Positions 53,532 through 63,565 of a DNA stretch of 64,000 bases are shown piece after piece. Where the stretch lies: positions 62,001 to 126,000 of the forward strand of contig CBFFSA010000007.1 of NCBI GenBank assembly GCA_965644495.1, written 5' to 3'. The notes under the pieces are model-generated. The model was given only the letters and a program-made list of their open reading frames with translations. It searched no databases and was not told the DNA's origin. Both the position numbers and the translations under genes were made by a program. The stretch's first letter is position 1. Each line of letters opens with the position of its first letter. This stretch comes from Perkinsela sp. CCAP 1560/9 (lineage: Eukaryota > Protista > Euglenozoa: Kinetoplastea).

Positions 53532-53808
53532 GCTACCGTGATAATGATAAAAGCGAAGCGCAAGTTTCTGATTCCCTGTGGTGATGATTTTTAAACTTTT
53601 TAATTGCCTAAGGTTAGAGCCCTTTAATTTGGTTAGAGCCCTTTAAATACTCGGGAACTGTAGATTAGGCATTTGTTTAGGTTGCCGATTTCTCTGACTA
53701 CAAAGATTATTCCCTAGATGCTTTATTTTTGCACTGAACATGTCATAAACCCACTGTCCCCCTACTCGAACCGATCAACCCCGCCCGTACAACAGAACCC
53801 CACTGAAA

Positions 53809-55242
53809 ATGACCACCACCCCCTCCCACGCCCCTCTCTGGGTATGCCTCCTCACCCAAGCCGTCTCCGTCCTCGGCGACGCCTTCGGCCAGCGCACCGC
53901 CCGGGTCTACCACCCCCACTCCTACCGTCGTTTCCTCCTCACCCTCACCCTCGTCAGTGCCACCCAAACCTTCCTCACCCTCACCCTGGTCCAGACCCTC
54001 GCCCCCGCCCTCACCACCCAGCACTGGGCCACCGACCCCCGCACGGGACACTGGCACGACAGCTGTGCCCCCACCCCCCCCGGGGCGAACGTCCCCCCTG
54101 CCGCCTCCACCCCCCCCATCGACACGCACTGCTACCCCCAGGGCCCGCTGTCGATCCCGCGGGCCCTGGCGCAGTGCCCCGCGGTGCTGGCGAACCCGCT
54201 CGTCAACGCGGTGTACTACCTGAGCGAGGCGGTGCTCTACGCCCACCCCCTCGGGCTGGTGCTGCTCGTGCTCGCCTCGCTGGCCTCCACGCTGGTGGTC
54301 GCCCCGCTGCAGTCGGCACTGCGGGTGGGGCGCCGGGGGACGGTGGCGGGACACGTGGTGGTGCTGGGGGTGCTGGGGGCGCTGCTCTCGGTGTGCGAGA
54401 ACCCGGGGAGGGGGGAGGGGAGGGGAAGGGAGAAGGGGGAGGGGGAAGCGCAACGGGAGGGGGAGGGGGAGGGGGAGGGGGAGGGGGGGGAAGGGGAGGG
54501 CAACACAGGGAGGGGGGGAGAGAAGGGGAAAGGAAACGGGGAGGAGGGGGAGAGCGGGGTGGAAAAGGGGCCAGAAACGGTGGCGGGTGAGGGGTGGGGG
54601 TCGTCTCTGGTTCGCGTGCGTAGAGCAGATCACGTAACAAAGAGAGGTCGCTTGGTGAGAAAGATGATTTCTTCGGCTTGCGTGTCGTTTTTACCCCTTT
54701 TTGTTCCATTTTCCATGTTGAGTCTTACCTATGCTGCTTTTTTTCTTGCTATGGCGTTCTACCATGAGCACTGCGGGTTAAATGCCTGGGGTTATAACGC
54801 TTTTGATCAAGTAACCATGCCTCCGTTTATTTTACTTCTTCTCTTGGCGTGGGATGCCCTAATCTATCTCTTCCCCAGCCTTAAAAAGCCGAACACCGCG
54901 CACTACACGACCCTCCAAGAGATCAAAATCACTTTCAAGGAGGCCACGGACAATCGCTGCGCTGGACTGTTGTGCTGCCTTGCTTATCGGACGCTAATCA
55001 ACACGCGAGCCATTGCCTATACCTATCTTGCAGTTCTCTTCGATCTCAATGAGGTCTATCTGAAACTTACCTTGATACGAGTGGCGCTTTCCTGGGTTGC
55101 TTCACTAATTCTGGTTCTTTTGCTGCCGCGCTTTATTTTGGCCACAACACAAGAGAGAAAGAGTTTTGCGGATCCGATCAATATGACACTTCACGCACTT
55201 GGGACTGCATTGTTGACGTTGTCACTATTTTTTATGCGATGA
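53809..55242 (+). CDS. multi-pass membrane protein, possibly DMT/CRT-like transporter
   Basis: About 8-10 hydrophobic segments in two halves separated by a Gly/Glu low-complexity loop. Family assignment is tentative. Confidence 0.6.
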   Translation: MTTTPSHAPLWVCLLTQAVSVLGDAFGQRTARVYHPHSYRRFLLTLTLVSATQTFLTLTLVQTLAPALTTQHWATDPRTGHWHDSCAPTPPGANVPPAASTPPIDTHCYPQGPLSIPRALAQCPAVLANPLVNAVYYLSEAVLYAHPLGLVLLVLASLASTLVVAPLQSALRVGRRGTVAGHVVVLGVLGALLSVCENPGRGEGRGREKGEGEAQREGEGEGEGEGGEGEGNTGRGGEKGKGNGEEGESGVEKGPETVAGEGWGSSLVRVRRADHVTKRGRLVRKMISSACVSFLPLFVPFSMLSLTYAAFFLAMAFYHEHCGLNAWGYNAFDQVTMPPFILLLLLAWDALIYLFPSLKKPNTAHYTTLQEIKITFKEATDNRCAGLLCCLAYRTLINTRAIAYTYLAVLFDLNEVYLKLTLIRVALSWVASLILVLLLPRFILATTQERKSFADPINMTLHALGTALLTLSLFFMR

Positions 55243-55760
55243 CAAAAAGAATTGTAAGCGATATACAAGGACACCTTTTACAAGTGTAGCTCAAATTAGT
55301 GACAACTTATAGCAAATTATAGCTCAAATTCCACTTGCTCAATTTCGACCCGATATGAATTGTTGACCCACCAGAACTCCACTAGTTTTCCTACTTACGA
55401 CACTATTGGCAATAGCCCAGCGAATAATTGCTGGTAGTTTACTGGGATGCTGATCGTATGAGTGTATTGCTACCTGACCTGTACAGGTTTTGTTGTTTAG
55501 AATACTAGTAATCCAGGGAGGAGCGGTTATAGTAGTCATACACCCACCGAAAGTGAGAGCGTCTCAAGTTAGGTACTTGAAGTCCTGTGGACGGACTCTC
55601 GTTAAGTCAGTGGCTTCTTCGCCTGTAGACGTAGTTAAAAACGGAATTTTGTGAAGCCTTGCAATTTGGTGATCATGATTATCCTATGTAAGCCAGAGTT
55701 GAACCAGTATCATTCGATACGTACTTTGAGTTCTATACTCCAGAAAAGGAGATTATTATA

Positions 55761-55863
55761 AATATGGAAAAGGAGTTTTCCATATTTTCCTTGATTTTTA
55801 TATTCCTTGATTTTTATATTCCTTGATTTTTATATTCCTTGATTTTTATATTCCTTGATTTTT
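55761..55863. repeat. perfect 11-bp hairpin abutting a 16-bp tandem array
   Basis: AATATGGAAAA-GGAG-TTTTCCATATT (55761-55786), then TTCCTTGATTTTTATA x4 plus a partial fifth copy (55787-55863). Confidence 0.95.
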
Positions 55864-56018
55864 TTTGGTATTATTTTCGCTGCTAGAAAAAATACTTAGC
55901 ACTTCTACGTACATGGACCATTCAAAACATAGTGTTCGATATTGTACATATCGAATGTACATACGATATGCATGATATTGTAGACTTTTTATACACGAAA
56001 ATATATATTGACAATTCC

Positions 56019-56624
56019 ATGACTGCAAAAAAGACGAAAACCGCGTCCAAGGCGCCTAACTCAAAACAGAAAAAGAAGAAAAATGCGGAAAAGAATGTGC
56101 ACGCCGAAAATGTAATCTACATTGGACATATTCCTCCGGACTTTTCTGAAAAACCGTTGACTTCCTTTTTGTCGCAGTTTGGCACGACTAAGCACTTCGT
56201 ATTGTCGCGGAGCCCCAAAACGGGTCGATCCCGTGGTTACGCATTCGCTCAATTCACGGACGCCCAAGGGGCGCAAGAGGCATCTCGTGAGCTCCATGGA
56301 TTCGTGCTCGGGGGTCGCAGTTTAGTGTCCCATGTGATGGAAGATGACAAGGTGAGTCCGTTCATGTGGCGCAGATGGGATCAGCTCCATAGGATTCACA
56401 TCGATCATACTCGACGTGTGAAAGGATATACCCCTGCAGTTCGAATACAGCCTCGGAATACGGTATCTGCCATCACCGAACATTTGCGAAAAATGATTGA
56501 AATGGAGAAAAAGCATAATGAAGCGTTGAAGCGCCTCGGCATTGACTATGTTTTTAATGGCTTTCAGGCCCAGGAAGGGATCTTGGTTCAAAGAAAAACA
56601 GAAATTCTGCCTCAAGAAGAGTAA
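56019..56624 (+). CDS. NOP15: nucleolar RRM protein NIFK/Nop15-like
   Basis: VIYIGHIP, FLSQFG, LSRSPKTGRSRGYAFAQF, and C-terminal LKRLGIDYVF. Confidence 0.85.
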   Translation: MTAKKTKTASKAPNSKQKKKKNAEKNVHAENVIYIGHIPPDFSEKPLTSFLSQFGTTKHFVLSRSPKTGRSRGYAFAQFTDAQGAQEASRELHGFVLGGRSLVSHVMEDDKVSPFMWRRWDQLHRIHIDHTRRVKGYTPAVRIQPRNTVSAITEHLRKMIEMEKKHNEALKRLGIDYVFNGFQAQEGILVQRKTEILPQEE

Positions 56625-57036
56625 CTTGATAATTCCAGACCAACTACTAAAAATATAGCGATACAGCTTTGCAAATCGACTTTTTGATGAAACTATAGCT
56701 TTTATGTTGTATTGTGCCTATGACCACTGATTACAGACATGACAAAAATCTTTTGATATACTACTGTATTCTATAGCACGTAGTACGTGTATTACTTACA
56801 AACAGTCATGTATCACGACAATACACTGCTGCCGAATGTTGATCCCTGTGTGTTGTATCGTACTGTACTTAGCGACTGTACTAATTACAGTAGTAAATGT
56901 AAATGAGAATTTATCTTGAAGAATCATGAATTTTCTTCACTAGTTCATTATCTGCAACGTGTGTGAGAGAGCAATAGGAGAGTACAGTTTTTTTTTCCAA
57001 AAAAAACGGCATTACTTATTTTTCATAATTATAAGA

Positions 57037-57801
57037 ATGGGGGAACTTCGGCCTACAGAATACAGGACTTCCGATCTCAAGATCAAAGAACCATTCGAAC
57101 TTAATTCCATAGAAAGAGCAAAATCGTACAAATTGGAAGGAAACGATGCATACAGAAAGGAATTTTATTTAAATGCAATGAAGCTATACGAAACTGCGCT
57201 TCAAACATTGTCTATCCCATTAAATTCGACGAATAGCGACCCGAAAGAGACATTAGAACTCCCAGAAGTTAATTCCGCTCAAAAACAAAAAGTGAAAAAC
57301 GAGTGTACAGATGACTCGGGAGACGTTCGTCCGTTGCAGGAGAACCAGCTTATTGCAAACCTGTTTCTGAACTTAGGATTGTGTACGCTAAAAACAGAAA
57401 TAGATGAGGGATTAAATTTGGAGAAGTCTTCCAGTCCAGAAAACAGAAATACAAACACTTTACGTCGTGATCGAGCAATACGGTTCTTCACGTCCGCCAT
57501 TAAACATAATAAGCAATATGGGAAGGCGTACTACAGAAGGGCAGATTGCCACATGGACAGCGAAAATTTTTCGACGGCCCATGCCGATTACGTAAAATCC
57601 AAGGAGGTGGGATTTGCCGATCTCTACCTTGACGTTAAAATAGAAAACGCAAGAAAGAAAATGGAAGAACAAACGGCCAAAGCGCTTCAAGATCTTAAAT
57701 CTCTAGGAAGTTCTATATTAGGAAAGTTTGGGTTGAGTCTAGATAATTTCAAAACTAAGAAAAATGAATCTGGGGGTTACAGCATCAGTTATGAGAACTA
57801 G
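57037..57801 (+). CDS. TPR protein, TTC1-like
   Basis: KLEGNDAYRKE, YGKAYYRRA, and C-terminal LKSLGSSILGKFGLSLDNFK...SGGYSISY typical of TTC1. Confidence 0.85.
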   Translation: MGELRPTEYRTSDLKIKEPFELNSIERAKSYKLEGNDAYRKEFYLNAMKLYETALQTLSIPLNSTNSDPKETLELPEVNSAQKQKVKNECTDDSGDVRPLQENQLIANLFLNLGLCTLKTEIDEGLNLEKSSSPENRNTNTLRRDRAIRFFTSAIKHNKQYGKAYYRRADCHMDSENFSTAHADYVKSKEVGFADLYLDVKIENARKKMEEQTAKALQDLKSLGSSILGKFGLSLDNFKTKKNESGGYSISYEN

Positions 57802-58226
57802 AAACTACAGCCATACGCGGGTAGTGGACAAGGACTGCCATATAGGAAATTCTACTTGAATTCGTAAATTACCTTAACATTCTTAGGCATTTTAGTGTCT
57901 AGATCCTATTCATGTATGTACGTGAAGATCTACTTGTGCTTTTGCTTGCATTATCTTTATAATATGGTGTACTCAAGCGTGAAATGTAGTGTAGTACGTT
58001 GGGTATGGAGCCTGCCAAAAATAGTGTAGCGTGTATTTTGCAATACAATGTTTGAGACATTTAACAACCTTGCTACCCCGATTTACAAATGTTTGCATGT
58101 GTTTCTGAAACAATTGAGTCTCTGGAACGCTTGGCTCAAAACGAAACGATCTTCTCGATACGCTTAACTTCTTCGTAAGAATGTTTGATATTCTAACACC
58201 ATACCTTTAATAGAGCACGGCCATCA

Positions 58227-61200
58227 ATGACTGATATCACAATAGCCCTTAGGCCAATATTCTGTGCAACAGGATTTGAACTTAATTTCCCTATTGATTT
58301 GACTGATGCAATTCTCAAGGACCCGAACGGGAGTCAAACAAGTGAAGCCACTGGTTACTTTTCCCGTGCTATTGAGGTAGGAAGGGGTAGTGACTGCACC
58401 GTAACGCTCACGGACGAACCAAAGCATGCGATATTTTCTCGACGCCATTTTCGTCTTGTATGTCAGGCACCATTTCCTTCCAGCGAATCAATAAGCGCGG
58501 AGTACATGAGGCAATGTATACACACTGACCAGGCCCATTTCTTTATTCAAGACCTGGAGTCGATGAACGGAACTTTTGTAAACGGTGTTCGACTTCAATC
58601 TAATGCGCGGGCGCCTATTCATGCTGGAGATAAAATAGGATTTGGTTCTCGAAACGGAATCAAAATGAAAGTCGAATATATTTTTGCGGTTGACGGAGCA
58701 TCTACAAACTGTGTAGTGGATCCGATGGGGCAGGACGGTAAAGTACAGCGAATATCAAGAAACGTAGAAAGTGAATTAAATACGGAACAACGCACGAATA
58801 TTCTTCCTGCTGTTCCACTCACTTTATCGGACGGCACTTCATCAGGTCATGACTTAAAGGAGAAATTATATTATTGCAATACATCGATATGGAAGAATCG
58901 CAATATTCAAAAGAAAGAATTATTTAGTACACCAGCCGTATCGCTGACGAACACCTATAGTAAAGCACTGGAAGCGGGGGCAACGAGGGCAACGGGCTTA
59001 GCAGATAAAAAGTTCGACGTTGAGAAAAATTCTGAGCGTACCCGCGATTTATCAACAGACCGTCGATCCGAAGACATAGAAAATAAAAAAGTGGAGGTCA
59101 AAAATCGTCTTAAAAATGCGTTGAAAGTTGCTAGTTCCGTGGTACGTCCACGAGCCTTGTTTCAAAGCCCACCTGAATCTTTTGACCAAGTGGATTCCTT
59201 TCCGTACGAAATCGACGCATCATCGAATCAAAAGGTTACCCCAGGAAAGGTCAAGGCTCGTAGTGATTCGTTCCCTAGCGTGGTTAATGGAGAAGCTCCT
59301 ATTGTATCAAGCGCTGCGAACGGTACAGATGTGCACGTGTCTCCATACAAACACCCAGCGTCTGTTACATTTGATGGGACCGCGCATGCTGAAAGCTCAG
59401 TAATGCGCAACTCAAATGTTCATTCCGAAATGAGGATATCAAAATATCAAAAGAATCACCTCAAATCTCACCAAGTTCAAGCCCTTACGTTTTTATGGAA
59501 ACGTTTAATCTTGGAAAAACAAAGAGGAGCCATTCTAGCTCATTATATGGGCTTAGGAAAAACATTCACTGCGATTTCTTTCCTTGACCGTGCATGTGCG
59601 CAACTTCCGCCGCACAGAGGGCTGATATTGGCTCCACAGCAAGTGCTCCCTATTTGGAAGCAGGAGATGGATCGTTGGGGTGGTGACAAGTTTGGTCGTT
59701 ATGCGTTTGCACCTCATTTCGTGGAAGATGTTTCACCTACTGCTAGGTCACGTATGGAACGAATAGAAGAAGGCCTGCAACATCTACTTCGACGTAAGAA
59801 CGGCGTCCTGGGTATGAGCTTTGCTTCTCTTTTAGCACTTTATTCATTTAAGAATAATGCGGAAAAGAAACTGAAGGCATTCTCGAAAGCGCGAAAGGAT
59901 GAAATTTCAATAGAAACGATGTCTGAAAGCTATAGAGATGCATTACAGCCCAGTCAAATACCGAGTGACGAGTACTTCGATCAGAACCGCTTGGCACAAC
60001 GGCTAGGATCGGCCAAGAACATATCTCGAGTAAAGGATACGGACGGATACGCCCGTCTTTGTGAGGGAATACGCTGGGTGATAGTTGATGAGGCTACAAT
60101 GTTGGAAAGTCGTTCTACTCGATTGTACTCTGCGATTTCCGCTCTCAGGAAAGCCAAATTTATCTTTCTATTGGGTAATCCACAACCAGCAAAAACACAA
60201 TTAGAAACTTTATTAAGCCTGACTACGTTTGGTGACGTGCCCCACACACGTCAGGGACGTTTTTCTGGCCATGGAAGTCAAGCAGTGCATCCAACTCTGG
60301 ATATTCGTACAATTGAGATCCTCGAAAAGCACCTTCCGCCTGTTAAAAACTATGCCCTTTTTATTCGTATTAGCTCTTTGCAGAGGGAGCTTTACAACGG
60401 GTTTATTCGCCAGGGTGATCCACAGAGAGAGGAACCCACACACCTTAAAAGTCGCGAAACCGACGAAAAGAGTCGCATTATACTCCACGCACTGCTTTCG
60501 AAAATTTGCGCACATACCGATCTTATGTTGGACTATGCCATAGATCAGAATTCGTCAACGAGTATCTGTAAAGCAATTCCTCTAAATGGACGTAAAGGAA
60601 AGCGCAAATTACCACAACTTACTTTCGACGTGGTAAAGGAGGACAAGAGTAGAAGGACTCAACCGAACACCTGGATGAAAACATTGCTTGATGCTTCTTA
60701 CGTCAGATGTAATCTTCATCACAATCCGAAAGCTGTTATTCTTCTTAATGCCATTAAGGCCTCCATCCTGCAAGGCAGAAAATGTGTAGTGTTTTCTCAA
60801 TTCGAAGAAGTGCTAACTATTTTAGAAACTCTTTTGTCCTTGACGCCGCTGCCAGGCATATCGCGCACATGTACGTATGAGACGAATACAGCTGCAGAAA
60901 AACTGAAAAATGGAGTAAACTTTATTAATCTCTCGGCTCTCTCAGCTAATACAAATCTTAGAAATGGGATCGTTGAGCTGTACAACGATACAACAAGTGC
61001 TCTTAAAGTTGTGCTACTTACGTATCGCACTGGCTCATTGGGATACAGTCTTGTGGCCACCTCTGATGTCTATCTTTATGACGCCACGTGGAATTCACAA
61101 ATGGAGAAGTCTGCCATAGCACGTGTGTATCGCTACGGCCAGAAAAATTGCGTGAATGTGTTTCGGCTGATTTCTCAAAACACAATAGAAGCCGACCTTT

Positions 61201-61427
61201 TCGCGCGCTCAGAGCTTCGAACCACTCATAGTGCCTGGTTGGGTCATATCACCGATATTCTCGGAGAAATGAAATCGAGTGAGCCACTGAGCATACCGTC
61301 CCCTTCTTCCGACAACGGTGTCGACTGGGAGGCCGTCCGGCAACTGGACCCAGTTCTTAATTTTCTTTCTAAAAAGGAGCACCATATCAGTGCTGTAAAG
61401 GAGTGCAAGGTGCGGAGCGATAGATAG
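58227..61427 (+). CDS. FHA-domain SNF2-family ATPase (ATRX/ARIP4/Rad54-like)
   Basis: FHA motifs VGRGSDC, FSRRH, DLESMNGTFVNG. SNF2 motifs LKSHQ, GAILAHYMGLGKT, VVFSQF, GSLGYSL, YDATWN, ARVYRYGQ. Confidence 0.9.
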   Translation: MTDITIALRPIFCATGFELNFPIDLTDAILKDPNGSQTSEATGYFSRAIEVGRGSDCTVTLTDEPKHAIFSRRHFRLVCQAPFPSSESISAEYMRQCIHTDQAHFFIQDLESMNGTFVNGVRLQSNARAPIHAGDKIGFGSRNGIKMKVEYIFAVDGASTNCVVDPMGQDGKVQRISRNVESELNTEQRTNILPAVPLTLSDGTSSGHDLKEKLYYCNTSIWKNRNIQKKELFSTPAVSLTNTYSKALEAGATRATGLADKKFDVEKNSERTRDLSTDRRSEDIENKKVEVKNRLKNALKVASSVVRPRALFQSPPESFDQVDSFPYEIDASSNQKVTPGKVKARSDSFPSVVNGEAPIVSSAANGTDVHVSPYKHPASVTFDGTAHAESSVMRNSNVHSEMRISKYQKNHLKSHQVQALTFLWKRLILEKQRGAILAHYMGLGKTFTAISFLDRACAQLPPHRGLILAPQQVLPIWKQEMDRWGGDKFGRYAFAPHFVEDVSPTARSRMERIEEGLQHLLRRKNGVLGMSFASLLALYSFKNNAEKKLKAFSKARKDEISIETMSESYRDALQPSQIPSDEYFDQNRLAQRLGSAKNISRVKDTDGYARLCEGIRWVIVDEATMLESRSTRLYSAISALRKAKFIFLLGNPQPAKTQLETLLSLTTFGDVPHTRQGRFSGHGSQAVHPTLDIRTIEILEKHLPPVKNYALFIRISSLQRELYNGFIRQGDPQREEPTHLKSRETDEKSRIILHALLSKICAHTDLMLDYAIDQNSSTSICKAIPLNGRKGKRKLPQLTFDVVKEDKSRRTQPNTWMKTLLDASYVRCNLHHNPKAVILLNAIKASILQGRKCVVFSQFEEVLTILETLLSLTPLPGISRTCTYETNTAAEKLKNGVNFINLSALSANTNLRNGIVELYNDTTSALKVVLLTYRTGSLGYSLVATSDVYLYDATWNSQMEKSAIARVYRYGQKNCVNVFRLISQNTIEADLFARSELRTTHSAWLGHITDILGEMKSSEPLSIPSPSSDNGVDWEAVRQLDPVLNFLSKKEHHISAVKECKVRSDR

Positions 61428-61619
61428 AGCTTAGAAATAGAGAACTCGAATCCGATTCATTAGAAGTAAACGTGTTTCCATGTACATAACATGTGTGCAT
61501 GTATTCCCACCAAAAACTATAAATTTATTCTACGTACACTGCACAAGTTCTGACTTTCGTTTGGTCTAATCTATACCGGTACTAGGAAACGGAAGTTTCA
61601 TCTTTAGTCTTTTTCTGAT

Positions 61620-63368
61620 ATGTCTGCAGACTCCAATACACCGTTATCTTTGATCAGATCTCCTTGCGCAAGCTACGATGAAAATTTTATCCGTGCTAGC
61701 ACCACTCATCACACGACAACTGTGAGCCAAGAAGACAACTATCAGGAAAATGATAAAAAAGAGCCGCCGGGAGACAAGCCTCTTTTAAGTTGTGTACAAC
61801 ATACGTTTCATTTTCGTACTTTACGTCAAGTGAGCCGCACGGGTGTGATGCTCGTGGGATGGGGCGGAGCGAATGGTTCGACTCTCACTGCAGGCGTGAC
61901 CGCCAACAAGAAACACCTAAAGTGGAATACAAAGCACGGCCCCAGGACTCCAAATTATTTGTGAAGTCTGACGCAAAATGCTACCATGTATTTAGGGAAA
62001 TGTCATCTAGGTGAATATAGCAGAGACTATAACTGTGCGTACTCGCAACTGGTCCCGCTACTGGATCCCAATGATATTGTATTGGGTGGGTGGGATATTC
62101 GCCCTGCGAATCTTTATAGAGCCATGAAGGCAGCAGCTGTTTTGGACTACGATTTACAGGTTCAATTGCAAGAGGAGATGGAGTTGCTTGCGCCACTTCC
62201 CGGGTATTGTGATCCAAAGTTTATTGCGACGAATCAGTGCGATACCTCTACCCACACACTTCCCATAGAATGGACACTAGCCCGTGTGCTGCAACGTTTG
62301 CGCGAAGACATTCGCACCTTTAAATCACAAAATAATGTTGATATCGTAACTGTTATGTGGACAGGAAATACCGAATCTTGCGTAGATCACACTGCTTTAC
62401 AGTTTTCTACAGCCGAACATCTTCTTTGTGGTCTTCAGAAATCATCTCGAGGTGAGGGATTTCCTCCAAGTCTTCTGTACGCTACAGCTGCGATCCTGGA
62501 GAACTCATCCTTCCTAAATGGTTCACCACAAAACACACTAGCCCCGGGGTTAGTGGACCTAGCTGAGCAAGTACGCCGAGCCCACATGTCTTCCGATATT
62601 GCAGCATTGATTTCAGGAATGACTCCACAATATAGCAAGGGAAAAAGCCCATTTTTTATTGCTGGAGACGACTTCAAAACTGGGCAGACGAAACTCAAAG
62701 GAGTTCTCTTGGACTTTTTCGTTGGAGCGGGCTTTCGACCCGAGTGTGTTGCTTCCTATAATCATTTGGGAAACAATGATGGGCTCAATTTAAGCGAGAA
62801 ATCACAATTCGAATCCAAAGAAAGGAGCAAGAGCGCGCTGGTGGAACAAATTGTGCAATCTAATTCTTTGCTTTTTCGCGATGGATACCGCGGACCCGAC
62901 CACACAGTCGTAATCAAGCACCTACCCTATGTGGGGGATTCAAAGCGAGCACTGGACGAGTATACTTTTAGCACGTTCATGAATGGAACACACACACTGG
63001 TCATGCATAATACCTGCGAGGACAGTCTTCTAGCTGCTGGCGTTATGATCGACATGCTCGTTCTCTGCGAACTGCTCACACGTGTTGGCGTTTCGTATCG
63101 TTCCGAAGTCAATGAGTATGATGACAAAGTCAGACCAGAGCAGAAAATTCTTTTACATGAGTATGCTCCCATGGATGTTTTAGCTTCGAACATGTTTGGT
63201 TATTTCCTAAAGGCCCCCAAAACAAGAATTCTCAACCGTACTATTCCTGAGGTTCATTCTCCGAGTCAACAGAAATTGTGTATCGAGAACTTTATTCGCG
63301 CTCTTGTCGGATTGGGACCTGAATCATATACACATCTAGAGCAATATGCATGTATGCAGCAAGTTTGA
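61620..63368 (+). CDS. INO1: myo-inositol-3-phosphate synthase interrupted by one in-frame TGA (61962-61964); pseudogene, readthrough or sequence error unresolved
   Basis: GVMLVGWGGANGSTLTAG, PNYL*SLTQ, GGWDI, MWTGNTE, NGSPQNT, GDDFKTGQTK, SYNHLGNNDG, GDSKRALDEY, HNTCEDSLLA. The two listed ORFs (61620 and 61986) are in the same frame. Confidence 0.95.
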
Positions 63369-63565
63369 TTTCTTTTTTGTGTTGTTCTACTTAGATCCGC
63401 TGTACTTAAGAGGATCATTGGGCTAAAGAAGGGTCTTTCTTCGGCTTACGCAGGTGTTCGGAAGTGTTTACGTATTGTAAGATTTTGTACAGCTCATGAT
63501 GAGCCTTACAGCTTTCTTATTTTCGTTACTATCTTTTTTATAAAAACATCGTATTCTAAGCCAGT

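Noticed and set aside
53718-54709. Several long overlapping ORFs in other frames and on the - strand
   Set aside because: C/G-rich DNA is depleted of stop codons. Only 53809..55242 gives a coherent membrane protein.
55787-55863. CRISPR-like array
   Set aside because: The repeats are contiguous with no spacers, there are no cas genes, and the context is eukaryotic.
58227-61427. JBP2 (base J) assignment for the SNF2 protein
   Set aside because: The N-terminus is an FHA domain, and no thymidine hydroxylase motifs are seen.
61962-61964. Genome-wide TGA reassignment or selenocysteine
   Set aside because: Several genes end at TGA at the expected family C-terminus (for example NAR1). No other recognisable gene has an internal stop, and the site aligns to Gly, not Cys.
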